Below are positions 36,780 through 49,862 of a stretch of 64,000 nucleotides of DNA, piece by piece. Source of the stretch: Felis catus (lineage: Eukaryota); assembly GCF_018350175.1 (NCBI RefSeq), contig NC_058382.1:51834001-51898000 (forward strand). Reading direction: 5' to 3'. The translations under genes and the position numbers were made by a program. The notes below the pieces were generated by a model, which worked only from the letters and a program-made list of their open reading frames with translations, was not told the DNA's origin and searched no databases. How positions within the stretch are numbered: position 1 is the stretch's first letter; each line of letters starts with the position of its first letter.

Positions 36780-38040
36780 TGTGTGGTCCCAGCAGCAGTA
36801 GCCAGAACGTGAAGGGGACCCAGAAGATAAAAAGTGCTGTGCAAGAGATGTCCGATACAATGAATATTGTGGGATAAGACACAGATTTGTAAAAAGTGGT
36901 GCCTGTTGTGAGAGACAACACAGAAAGCCCCCAAATGCAGGTACACACAGTGGTAGGCCGGTAAAAGTTTCAACAACCGGCCTAGGAGAAGAAAGCCCTG
37001 ATACGTCTCATTTGCCGGTTTCTGTGGTGGAAATACTCCCGTCGTGACCAAGAGCAAGTCATTAATACAACATCGCTGAATGCATAGCTGGGAAGAGGCA
37101 CCCATACATCATCAGCCGTCGGAGCTAGCTTCCCTGGTACGCACACCCGGCCCCAGGTTCCATGGGTTGGTTGACAATACAGTCGCTTGGAGGATGGATT
37201 CCATCAGGCACACAGCTCACTCTTGCCTCCTGTGTGAGGAGAGCCTACCTACATGCCTGCTTGACCACTTGGTGCCATAGAACTGGGGGAAAACACTCTC
37301 AGAACATTCCAGAATGTTTACTGTGAGACTGTATCTTAGAAACATCAATATCGAGGCTTCTGGCCTGCCTCAGGTCCATTTCTGCATAATTCTTTAGGCC
37401 TCTGTTTAGCTCTGCTTTCTTGGACACTTGCACCCCCCCCAACCTCCTCCAGCTCATGTCCCTCTAATGTGCTCCCCAGCACCCTGTACCTCCGACACTG
37501 AGATATAGTGTCTTTCCATTGTCCATATTCCCCGCCAAACTGCAAGCTTCCTAAAGGCAGGGGCAGATATTGTGTTGAGTTTTAGATTCCCAGCGCTTAA
37601 CTTACTAGCTCAGTGCCTGACACCTCATAAATATTCGTTTTCCTTTTCCTCTCTTCCCCAGGAAAGAATACTGAGCTGTGCCGTGTGCCGTGTTTAGCCC
37701 AGAGCTGAGCACGTTAGGTCTATGAAGGGCAAAAGCCCAACTGGGTTTCTGAGCATCAGTGATTAGAGAGAGGGCCCCCAATCCCCGTTTACTGCCTGTG
37801 TAGGGAGAATGGTAACAAAAGCATAGCATAGCAATGACAAATTGGAAAAACAGCTCAGACAACAATAGAAAAGCCATCCTAAGGCTCTACATGATTAACT
37901 GTCAAGTGAAGGCCCAGATAATAGCAGCTGTCAGAGCTCAGAAGAAGCCAAGAACACTCAGGGAACAGGCAGAAGGGTAGGTGGTCATCATCTGATAGCA
38001 ATGATCTTTCAGTGGCTTCAAATAAGAGAGAGAGAGGAGA

Positions 38041-38685
38041 GGGGTGCTGGGTGGCTCAGTTGGTTGAGCGTCCGACTTGGACTAGGGTTACAAACTCATG
38101 GCTTGGGAGTTCGAGCCCCATGTTGGAGTCTGTGCTGACAGCTCAGAGCCTGGAGCCAGCTTCTGATTCTGTGTCTCCCTCTCTCTCTCTTTTTCTGCCT
38201 CTCTCTCTTAAAAATAAATAAATGTAAAAAAATTTTTTAGGGGGGCACCTGGGTAGCTCAGTCGGTTGAGCGTCTGACTTCAGCTCAGGTCATGATCTCA
38301 CAGCTTGTGAGTTCAAGCCCCACGTTGGGCTCTGTGCTGACAGCTCAGAGCCTGGAGCCTGCTTCAGATTCTGTCTCTGTCTCTGTCTTTCTCTCTCTCT
38401 GCCCATCCTCTGCTCGTGCAGTATCTCTCTCTCTCTCTAATATAAATAAACATTAAAAAAATTAAAAAAAAATTTTTAGGGGCACTTGAGTGACTCAGTT
38501 GGTTAAGCATCTGACTCTTGGTTTCAGCTCAGGTAATGATCTCGTGGTTTCATGACTTCAAGCCACACATCAGGCTCTGTGCTGGCAGCACAAATTCTGC
38601 TTGGGACTCTCTCTCTTTCCCTCTCTGCCCCTCCCCCACTCGCGCTATGTTTACCTCTCTCAAAATAAACTAAAAAACAAAAAAA
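38041..38685 (+). mobile_element. Three head-to-tail CAN-SINEs (about 38041-38238, 38240-38477 and 38479-38685)
   Basis: Three successive gggg(c/t)...ctcagt heads, each with a (CT)n tract and A tail. Confidence 0.93.
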
Positions 38686-40446
38686 GGATGATGCTAATAA
38701 CAATACTATAATAATGATAAAAATACAAAACACACATCGAGTACTTGCTATGAACTGGATATGGTCTTAAACACTTTAAATGCGCCATATTTCATTTAAT
38801 CGTCACAATAACCATAGGAAGTAGTAGTATTATTTAGCCCTATTCCATAAGAAAGAAAATGAGGCACAGAGGAGTTAAGTAATTTGCTCAGGGTCACGTT
38901 TTCTCACGCACTCACAACCAATCCAGCTTTGACAGGTAGGCAGACAAAGGCTCAGAGAGATTCATAACTTGTCCAAGATCGGCCATCGGCTTGGTGGAGG
39001 AGACAGGATTTTAACCCACGTCACGGGGATGCCGTATCTTTCCATGCCTGCCTACTGCCTCAGCCCGTCAACCCCATCCTGCCAGCTCACTCTCCCCTCC
39101 CTGCTTCGGAGAGCCGCTCCTACGGGGACATCTCCGGCTCTTAGAAGAATACAATTGGAAGCCACTTATCAAGGATGGGTCAGCGGCCAAATTGCTAGAG
39201 AGGGCAGTCTTAGGAGACGCCCCTTCTGATCTCTTGGGAAACAAGAATGACCAATATGGTGAAATTTAATTAGGGCTTGAATATTCTTTGCAAAGATATG
39301 AATTCTTCCCACACGGGAAACGAGGATGCTTGAAACTCCCCTCGATGACCCTGCGCTCTGACAAGGGCCCCCTATCTGATGAACAGGCACACCTGACAGG
39401 AACGAGGAACATTTCCCTCCAAGGGGAGGGAGATGAAGAGTTGAGAAATAGCAGCTGCTCTTTTCTCCTGAAGGGAAATTTCAAAGACTTCCAGATAAAG
39501 CTAAAAATGGACTTCTCAGGGTGTGTTTCCCAAGCATGAATACCAGTGGTGGGGAAATTCAGCCTACAGAGTCACTTGGCATGTGACATCTTACACACTC
39601 GGAGAGGTCCTGCATTAATGACACTTAGGCTACCACTGCCCAAAGGTGTTAGTACATCAGTATCATAGTCGTCGTTGTCGTTATGTCATTGTCATCGTCA
39701 TCATCTTACATTCTTTGGCCACATACTATACAACCTGCCATTGTGCTAAGAGCGATCCATGCATGGTTCATGCTGAATCCCGACAAGTGTCTAAGACTCG
39801 GTCTCGATCCCTGTTTGATAGAGAATGAAGCAACATCTCAGGGAGATTCAATGACTTCCCAGGGGTCACACCACTAATACTAGGCATCTGAACCCCAAAA
39901 GTCTGACTCCAGAGCCTTCCTTGTAACCGTTACATGTGAACACCGACGACCATCGAACAAGGCTGCACAAATGGTTTGCAGTAGTAACCAGCCAGGGTCA
40001 ACGCCAGCCCGCACCATCCAGTAAGGCCAGCCTCCAAACCAGAATGCCCGTTTATTAACTGACCATGAGAAACATAGCCCCAGCCTTAGACACACAGTAT
40101 CTTTGGTTAGCCCTGTGCCCTGCTGAGGAGAGAATCGGGGAATCCAAATGCTAATTAGCCGAGGTCCTCGGTTATAATAAGGAAGTAACAAAGAGGTCAG
40201 GCGGCAACTTCTGTTCCTTGATCGGATTCCCTACCGTCCGCCCAGGGACCAGCCCTCTCATCCTCTGGCTCGGCGCCCTGAGCAGTTGGGCAACAACATT
40301 TACTGAGAAAATGTCTGAGAGCTGCCTTATTTTCTCAAGTTCTCCGGTCATCTGCCCTTTTGAAAACTAAAGCCACTCATTCACACGGCAAGGGTTCAGA
40401 GAGCTGTTACGAACCATGCTACACACTCTGAATTACAGACTAGATG

Positions 40447-40798
40447 CAGGGGTGTGTTGGAGCTAGCTCGTACCATCTCACAAGAGCCTGTTGTTAGATA
40501 GTCTGGAATTTTGTGAGGCGGTCACTCAACAAAACTTTTATGTTAAAAATCAAAGTATATCAACTTACAATTTAGAAAATGCTATTATAAGAAAAGGTAA
40601 TAAGTACTTAAAACTCATCAGTTCTTAATTATTTTCCATTTGACTATCCATGCTCTTGAGGTTATTTACACTTACTTGATCTGTATTGGGAAAGTTCTAA
40701 ATAACGGTTACATGGCTTCATGACTCTACATCTAGTGATACCATTTGGGTAGCTTGAAAGTCATCATGCTTTTTTACACCATGGAAACCAGGGCTTGA

Positions 40799-40838
<40 letters not shown>

Positions 40839-41323
40839 GACAATGTATAAACGTAAGAAAGTAAGGGAGAAAATGTGAATACTGCAGGTTAAACTTGAAA
40901 ATGTGTCACGTCTAGTCCCGAAGCTCAGAGAGGTGACAGTTTATTGAGTTAAGTCTGGATGAGAGTGAGAAATAGCCTAACAGCAGATCAGGTATCAATC
41001 ATCTATCAGGGTCAATAACACCAAATCTTTTGGGGAAAGAATAATCACATTGGGATGCAAATCAATTTGTCAAGTCATGACTGAATTGTGACCATAGGTT
41101 GGCCACAGATAGAACAGTTCAGCAAAAATCAGCAAAAACATTCGATGAGAATGAGTTGACTCTATGGGCTTTCAAATAAAGAGTAGTGTGGATCTTACTA
41201 TCACTTGTAAATTGTGGACTACACATCCTGTATGTCAGTAAAATTTATAGTAAATGTATATACATCCATAGACTCATATATGTTTTAAGAGAGTTGGTTG
41301 TTAAACATACCAGCATGCCACTG
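40447..41323 (+). mobile_element. MER63-family (hAT-Blackjack) DNA transposon, long form, containing a (GTT)n repeat
   Basis: Termini caggggtgtgttggagctagctcgtacc and ttaaacataccagcatgccactg form imperfect TIRs. Confidence 0.7.
40799..40838. repeat. (GTT)n microsatellite
   Basis: Read directly from the sequence. Confidence 0.95.
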
Positions 41324-41724
41324 GTTGTGAACATGACCCTAATCCATAGGAACTTAAAGTCTATGTGGGAGGAAACAAATGGCATGGATGAAAGAAGAAT
41401 TAGGGGAAAAGAAAACGTATGACAAAGGGGTACTCTGTTTACCGTGGGGAAATGTCACAGAAGGCCTGGGAAGTAGATGGGAGGGACCCATAGGGGAATC
41501 ATCAGTGAAGACCTCACAGAGAAGATGGCCTTGAGTAGAACCTTAAAGGAAGCATAGAATAGGACGGTGCCAAGCTTGGGTAAAAACAGAGGAAGCAAAG
41601 GCTTAGAGGCAGGAGAACATAGCACTGGCGTTCCAGCACCGGGCATGCTCCAACACCGAGCCTGTGGGGACACATGAATGAATGGAGAACTAATGGCAAG
41701 TACTGGTGGGAAAGATGAGATGGG

Positions 41725-42130
41725 GTCAGAGGCAGGGTCTTGGAACCCAGAAGCAGACTCTGAGACAGGGATCCAAGTGCGAGATACTTATTTAGGCTCT
41801 GGAACACCCTGGTGGGAGCGGTGGGAAAGCGAGATAGGAAATAAAGCAATCACTACAAGGTGCATTAGGAAGCCAGCCAGCCCTGTGGGGGATGGAGGTT
41901 AATCCCATGGGGCAACTATGAGGCACCGTAAGACTCCCATCTCCATGTAATCCCACCTGAAGGACGAGGGAACCAAAATACTTAAGCATCAACTTCCAAC
42001 AGTCATTGGCTGAAAGCTGCTCCAAGAATGGGAAACGTTAATTTTTTAACATTCCTGGCCTGTTGTACAGGCAGCATCAGCAAGAGAGAGCCTTTGGGCA
42101 AAGAAATGGGTGCATGGCACTCCGGGATCA
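41725..42130. mobile_element. Old ERVL LTR remnant (LTR16/LTR33-like)
   Basis: cagaagcagactctgagacagggatccaagtgc..ttattt resembles the recalled LTR16/33 start. Confidence 0.4.
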
Positions 42131-45100
42131 GTAAAAATGGGAGTCGGCTACACCCATTAATTTTGGATTTGGTGAACTCAACACCAAAAGGAATTCCATC
42201 AAAGGGGATTCCAAAGTGAATCCGGGGATTCACTGGAGCACGTTCTTGAGCAAAGAAGTGTTCTTGGAAATGCTGCCTCCCCAGAACTTCCCCTATGATA
42301 AGATCCCAACAACATGGTATAGAAGAAGGTGCCAAGGGCTCGTGTTCAGAAGATCAGAATTCAAGTCCCACCTGTGCCTCTTAATAGCTACATGACTATG
42401 AAACTCAGAAAGTCCTTGTCTCCTCCTTGGCTGTAAATGGGAATATTACTGGGTTCCCATAAGGTTGTTTTAAGGATGAAAAAAACATATAAATATGAGC
42501 GTGGTTTCTAAACTGGTGTTTTGTGATTTTCATTGCATGTAGAAATATCAAAGAAAGAAAGGTTTTTAAAAGAATCCATAGTTTCTTTTTTTAACCTCCT
42601 CCTAAGGGGATCCTTCTTATGACATATTGAATTCTGTCTCTTTTTTTTGAAAGGCAGGCACATCTTCAAAGCGACCTCTGTCATTTCTCCACTTTGTTGT
42701 CAGCTTCCTGTGCAAGGAGTGCGCTCTGATTAGTGGTAATTGCTCTCATGGTGACATTAGTTATCCTCATGGTAACAGCCAGGAATTCTAACATACGTTG
42801 CTTTGAGAAAAAAAAAATCATCTCTGTGTATTACTTCAGTGAATTGAAGTTTATGATTCATCCACCAGTACTTGAAGGGTTTGGGTAAGAGATATTCTTG
42901 AGTAATTTGTCTCCTTGGCTTAATGGACCCTCTGAAATATAACCTAGATTCTCAGACTCACCTTGGAAGCCTCACTTCATTAACTGAGGACCAATTTGGA
43001 TGAATGATGAAAGGAAAATAAAGGAAGAGATTAGAGGAAGTCTAGGCTCATCTTCCAAGTATGAAGAGGAGAGATGGGAGGTGAAATCAGAGGGGGAGAC
43101 AAGTTGGAAGAGACAGAAAAGGGAAGGCTAAGGCATCTTGAGCTCTAAGATGTACCTATTATGTAGAAAGGCAGGCCTAGGCTTTGTAATTTCAGGGATA
43201 TTACCTTTTATTAAAGTAGTTCCTGCAATCATGTCTCCTTTAATATTGGATAATACAAACTGCGAAAGGGACTCAGGTCCCACTGCAAATTAGCAGAGAT
43301 AATTAAATTCATCCTAATGTAGTCTCGAAGATTCCTGTTCAGCTTGAAATCACTGCATTTCAGAGGGTGCTTTTCAATCCAGCTCAGAGAACGAATCCCA
43401 TTTTCTTCATGTTTTGCAACGTGTGTTGCTTCCATGGCTACCGATAGAGAATCAAGGCTCAACCACACAGGTGTAGGGTGAAGTGATTTGGTTCTTTCTG
43501 TCTCACCCAAGCATCCCTCTGCTATACTGCCTTGATCTTTGGGTTCCAGCAAATTGCTTTTCCTCTCTCTCAGGAGAGATGACTTCTGAAGTATGTTAAA
43601 GAGTCATGAGGAAGGTATATGATTTGTTTCGCCTTTGCGTGGGAGACACAGGTGGGAAGGATTCTGAATTCCCAGGCTTCCCCATCTTCATACTTAGGGG
43701 AGCCCCAGGAATGGAAATCACTTGAAGTCAGACACTAAATTTCTGGATCTATAATTCTCTCCAGATGTAGGCAGCTCCTTCCCATCATCCTAGGAAATAG
43801 TAAATCATAGGACATCCACCTAGGCAAGAGCAGAGACATAAATCTGAATCTCTTCTATCAAAAAGACACACTTTGAAGGATTTCCTGGTGCAGTAAGTAT
43901 GTGAATGGGGGAGCTATGGGGATGCAAAGCAAAGACGTTAAGGAATTTGCTAATTGGCTCAGGAAACTGGAAGGTTCTCTCCCTGACCCTACACCAGCTG
44001 GTCCAGCAAGCTGTTTATTCTGTGTTGTCTCAGAGGCCATGAAAAGATGACACAGTGAGCCCAGGAAGCTAGTTACTGATGGAGACGTTTGGAAATGTGG
44101 TTCTCATCACGTCCCAATTAACGGTATTACCGTCCACGCCGGCGGCCATGGTAGAACTCTCTCTTCCGCAGACACTATTCAAACACGTATTTTGTCCATT
44201 CTTTCCTCTACATTTCTCTTGAGTCTAGTCTTTTCTCTGTATCCTACAGCCACTGCTATAACCCCACCCACCACCTTCTCTGTTAGTCTACTTTTCTGGC
44301 CACTTGCCTCCTGTCCCCTTGACCCCTGCTCTCCTTGTGGCCAGCTAATGTCTACTGGGAGTATAGGTATGACTCATGGTGCACTTGGTGTCCCTGAGTG
44401 GTGGGAAGGATAGAAAAATCTCCTCTTCTGTTTTTTTCTCAATCCAGCTCCACCCCTGAAAATATAAGCTTAAAATGGAAAGGAAACGTGTCAGCCCTCC
44501 AAAGCTGCTCATGAGTATGCATCCTACAGGACAGCGAACCAGGTCTCTTAAATTTTCACTCCATAAATAGTCTCTTAGGTATGAGCTTCCAGGTTTCCTG
44601 GCTTTCTGGCCTCCCCTTAGTCTCCTGAGTCATTCCTCTCCCCTGACACCTTACGGGGCCCTGGCTTCATCCTGGAGTAGCACACCTGGGCATTGCCCCA
44701 ATTTCCATCCTGCTGTCTCGTCAAAGAGGCATGTTGCCTTTTACATCCTGCGAAAGGGGCATCTATAAGCCAAATACGCGTGTCTCTTGGGGACACTGAC
44801 ACCGCATCCAGGATACAACTTCAATATGTTACTTTTTTAATAAACTATTTCTTTCTACTCTGCCACCCAGAGGCAATCCCCCTCCAGAACACATGCCATG
44901 GATGAGGAGCGGTACGGAAGAGGGAAGGGCACAGGAAGAAACCATTCTGTCCTACCAGGAATTCTTTCATACTGGAGGCCTCTTGGTTTCCTCTGCCCTC
45001 CCTCTTACTGCATTCTACAGAATTGTTACTTTGCCTTTCTTCTCCATCCAGCTCTGAGCTCCTTGGGGGCAGGAGACTTCCTTCATTCATCTCAGGGTTC

Positions 45101-45406
45101 AGGATGTGTAACACAAGACCTGGCCCGAAATAGGCTCCCAGTAAATGTTTGTTCAGTGAAATAAGCTTGGTCTTCCTCTCATGAGTTTAGCATGGCTATT
45201 AGTTAAAATTAAATCACTCGGGAAGCAGGCATTATCCATCCTTCCTTCTTATCCATCTTCTTATTTATTCACGACAGTGTTGGCTTGATAAACAACGCTC
45301 AGGCATCAATATCGCCTCTCACAGTAGAGACTGTGCCAATGAGGAAGGACAAGGGTTGAAACCAACCAGCCACTAATGCAAGGATACAAGTACCTTTAGA
45401 GTTTCT

Positions 45407-45408
<2 letters not shown>

Positions 45409-45456
<48 letters not shown>
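45409..45456. repeat. (GT)n microsatellite
   Basis: Read directly from the sequence. Confidence 0.97.
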
Positions 45457-45459
<3 letters not shown>

Positions 45460-46548
45460 GCCTACAACCTGCGTGCCAGGGAAGAAACAGAAAGCCCCTC
45501 ATGCTTCCGATTTGCAAATATGATTTGGCCCTTTGATGATGGGTGTTGTGCCTAGACCAGAATGCTGTTTTGATTGGAAAAGATGCTGGGCTGATTAGTT
45601 GAAATAAAACATTCTCCAATTAAGAGAAATAGAGTCTGGGATGTGAAGTGCTCAGCAAGAGCATTGCCAGGCAGCCTATTTAAAATTAATTAGAGGTGGA
45701 GATATGTGAAACGGAAGAACACCCCCCCACCCTGCTCCGCAGGGCTGGGATAGGTGAGGAGGATGTAGGACCGTGCACGTGTTGTGGTCGGAGTTTGAGC
45801 TCTCTTCTCAGATCCCATTTCTTCAAATGTGCGAGCAAAAGTGAGTCTATATGTGAAATAGAGACGAGAGACAAACAAAGGGCAGAAATTGGAAAATATC
45901 CCTTATTGTCTAAATCTCCTTGGCTTCTGGGTTCGCAGAGCAAGACTTCAGAAAGCAAGAAACACCCGGACCTATTAGGACTGGTTCACTATAGCTCATT
46001 CATCATATCCAGACACATTACATTTCCAGAAGGGAGGGCAGAGCCATCACTGTTGGAAACTCACCGAGATGCTGAAAGCTTATGCCAAGTCAGTTAAGAC
46101 CTAGTTCAGGTCTTGGGAACGTTTACTTTTCATGCAGTTCTAACTGCTGCAAATCTTGTCTGCTTCTCATCTGGCCTGGCGTGGGGCGTCGAGTTTCGAG
46201 GGGTGGAGGAAATAGAGGCGGGTCCACTCACAAGGAGCAGACAGGAGTGTGAAAGCCAGTAGCCCAGCCATGGGGGAGGAAAAAGCAGAGTAGTCCTGCT
46301 GCCCAAAATTCTCCCCAAAACACAGCTGCCATTTGTAGCAGGTGCAAAATAACTCTGCCTGCTCACTTGCACTTGAAAAACCCCACGAAGTTATAGTTCA
46401 AGATGTTACCCAGTGACCAGAAGACTGCGTATGTAAATATATGTGTGTATATGTAATATGTCTCCGTGTATAAATATGTATTCTATAAATGTACAGGTGT
46501 GTATACACACACATAATATAATGAATCCATTAGAAGTTAACACAAACA

Positions 46549-46771
46549 GGGGCGCCTGGGTGGCTCAGTCAGTTAAGCATCCGACTTCGGCTCAGGTCAC
46601 GATCTCACGGTTGGGGAGTTCGAGCCCCGCGTCGGGCTCTGGGCTGATGGCTCAGAGCCTGGAGCCTGCTTCCGATTCTGTGTCTCCCTCTCTCTCTGCC
46701 CCTCCCCCATTCATGCTCTGTCTCTCTCTGTCCCAAAAATAAATAAACGTTAAAAAAAAAATTAAAAAAAA
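46549..46771 (+). mobile_element. Young felid SINEC_Fc-type element
   Basis: Perfect 17-bp TSD agaagttaacacaaaca at 46532-46548 and 46772-46788. Confidence 0.95.
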
Positions 46772-47364
46772 AGAAGTTAACACAAACATCCATTCTTCTA
46801 GATTAGTTGCAGGGGCAAATCGATTTTATCTCCTACACCAATTTCAGCGGGTTGCCAGTGGCCACCGGGAAATCTGTGTTGGGAAGGATTCTGAGGCCAA
46901 ATCTCATCTTAGAAGGAAGGGCTGTTACTGAAAGGTGATAGGACTGTCGTGGGACCTGGGAAGCGAGTGCCGACAGCTTCTGACTTTTTCCTTGTTGAAG
47001 CGAGTAAGAGCCGAAGAACGCTGCAGATCAAGACCCTATTTCTCTGACTCCTCCTGCAACTACTTTTACCCAGCAGCGTGTTGACATTTTCCTGTCATGC
47101 ACTGAAAGATGCTACAATAGGAAGAAACTCATTGTGTATCTCAGGGGGGTGTTTGAAGAACTTTATCCATGTCAGAGATTCCCCTTGATGAGGACCCGTG
47201 GGAGAAAACATCCAGTGGGAGACAGAACACTGTTTCTCTTAAGAACACAATTGGCTCCGATCTGCTGGAGACCACAAATCCTATCATGAATTGTTTCCCT
47301 CTGTGCATCGGCTGTGGGCACCTGATGTGGGCTCTCCTACAAACTTGAAGGGCCTTTTTGTAGA

Positions 47365-47533
47365 TTTTTTTTTAAGTTTATTTATTTATTTATTTTGAGA
47401 GAGCATGCACACACACGCAAGCAGGGCAGGGGCAGAGAGAGAGAGAGAATCCCGACGCGAGGCTCTATCCCACAAACCATGAGATCATGACCAGAGCCCA
47501 AATCAAGAGTTGCACGCTGAACTGACTGAGCCT
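47365..47533 (-). mobile_element. Truncated/deleted CAN-SINE, antisense
   Basis: T-rich tail, gagagaatccc, catgagatcatgaccagagcccaaatcaagagt. Confidence 0.8.
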
Positions 47534-49670
47534 CCCTTTTGTAGGTATTTTACCCGCTCATCTTACCCCTGACTTAATTTTATGTCTCTATGAACATGTT
47601 CTCTTTGTCCAAATTTGATCCGATTCGAGACCTTCGGGCACGTGTATTTTTCTAAGTCACCTCAAATGCCACTTGAATAAATAACAATCGGGGAATCGTG
47701 TCCAGCTTAGGAAAACTTTCCTTCAGATTAGCACCTGTTCAGACAAGTCATTACCATCTGGACAGCTCAAGCATGTAGGACACCGTATCTCATACGTGAA
47801 GAATGACTGTGCACACGTACGCATCTGTGTGTGCCCGGATGTGTCTGTGTGTCTGCGCACACACATGTGCGTTAAATACAGGAGGCTCTTATCAGGTCTT
47901 GGAATTCAAAGGCACAGTGTTCAAGCCGAGCATCTCAGAGCCACAGAATTGCAGTAATTACCAGGGCCCCTTCCATCACGGCAGCCGAGCCAGACATGTC
48001 TCCGCGGAACAAAGGAAGCCTAAGCCATTGTGAGAATGTGCTGCTTATTAATGGCTGCAAGAGAACATTCTTCTTCTGCCTTGGCCTCAGAATGGACGGA
48101 GATTAATTCCTTATGAGGAAAAGACAGACAGTTGCTGGTGGCTTGTCACAGCCGGGAAAGTGACGTGGAGAGAGGTGGTCTGGCATGTGACGGCAAAGAT
48201 AGGAGCCTACAAGGGGGAGGAGCGGGAAAGACAGCAGCCTCTCAAATAAAGGCAGAGAGGGACAAGGGTGCTAACACCTATAAAGCTCCTACTATGTGCC
48301 AGGCACTGTGTTGGGCACTTGGAAGAAATTCTTACTAAACTTTCACACCCCCAAACCTTTCCCACTTCATGGATGAAGGAGCTTAAGGACGATCAGCACC
48401 CTTTTATCTTTATGTCATATAAGTTCCTTTAATAAATTTTAAAACTCCAGTTGGATCAAAAGAAAAAGAAAAAAAAAAAAAGCATCGGTAACAGCTTAAG
48501 CTGTTATCCGGGAAGGAGGATAAAGCTCCTTTCTGGTAGCCGGGTCGCTACCATTCGGGAGAGCCAGGATTTCAACCCAGCTTTGTGGCGCTTCCCAAAC
48601 CAAGCGTTTTGTTCTGTGTCGGTGCCCCTGATGCAGTGTGGTCTGTGTGAACCACGGAGCTGGAACCCCAGGAAGCTCTGTCATGTAGATTTCGGGGCCC
48701 CAACCCAGCCAGACCTTCTCATTCAGAATCCTGATCGACCTCAACACATCCTAAATCTTGAGAACCACCGCACTAGGCTCGTGGGCCTCTCAAAGCCAGG
48801 CTATCTCGCCACAGCGCTGGGCTTGGGAAATGTCCCCAACTCACAGTAGCCTCCCCCAGCAGCAGACCTCATAACCTGAAGACCTGCCCCTCCCCCGCCT
48901 CCCAATACACACTCCTCAGCCTCCAGAGCCCAGTTCTGGGGAAGGGGGCAGCCGTGAGGTTATCAGCCAGCAGTAAGCTGCGAGGGACCGGGTGGTGGCC
49001 AATGGCATCCCTTAAAGGAGCAACCTCAGGAACCCAGAATCAGGTCTTCAAATCCTGGTCCCTGGAAGGATTGATTTTAACAAAATCAAGCAGACCTCTT
49101 CCCCAATAAGGCTTTTTCTACTCTCATGGGGCTTCTGTGGAATCCCTTTGGCATTTTTCAGAAGCCAGCTTCCTACCTGGTCACTGGACTTTCTCCTCTG
49201 GGCTTTGGTTTCCCGATCCTTAAAATGAGGGGGATGGGCAAGGATATCTCCCAAGGTCCCTTCCTGCTCAGGTTTTCTACCTAAGTTGGTGGATTTAAAG
49301 TGCCTTTAACAACAACAAAGTGGCTGCCGAGAAAACCATCCTAGGACAGCTATTCAGAGGGTTAGTGGCCACAAGCTGGTGTGTAAGAGACTCTTTATCA
49401 AGCTGGTCCTCTCTCCACAAGCCTTAATGTCTCCCTCATAGTTTGGAACGTGCCTTCTCACCTTCTCTCCCCCCCTGCGCCGCGCAGATGAGGACGAGGT
49501 TCGCGCAGCTCTGGACCTAGACTCACCAGAGATCAGATCCCACTGTCTGTTTCCAGCTGTGGGACAATGAGCAGTAGACTCACCCTCTCTGAACCCTGTT
49601 TTCTGTATCGTGCATAATATAGATGTCCGCCGGGGACCTCTTTCCTCTTAAAAAGCAGTATTGATTCAGA

Positions 49671-49862
49671 GGCGCCTGGGTGGCTCAGTCAGTTAAGCGT
49701 CATGGGTTAGATCATGGGTTCGAGCCCCACGTCGGGCTCTGTGTGGACAGTTCAGAGCTTGAAATCTCCTTCAGATTCTGTGTCTCCCTCTCTCTCTCTC
49801 TCTTCCCCTCCCCCGCTCACACTCTCTCTCTCTCAAAAATAAATAAACATTAAAAAAAAATA
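49671..49862 (+). mobile_element. CAN-SINE with an internal rearrangement
   Basis: 21-bp TSD aaaaagcag(t/c)attgattcaga at 49650-49670 and 49868-49888. Confidence 0.9.

Noticed and set aside
42215..42234. Palindrome agtgaatcc-gg-ggattcact
   Set aside because: 9-bp arms can occur by chance in 64 kb and there is no supporting context.
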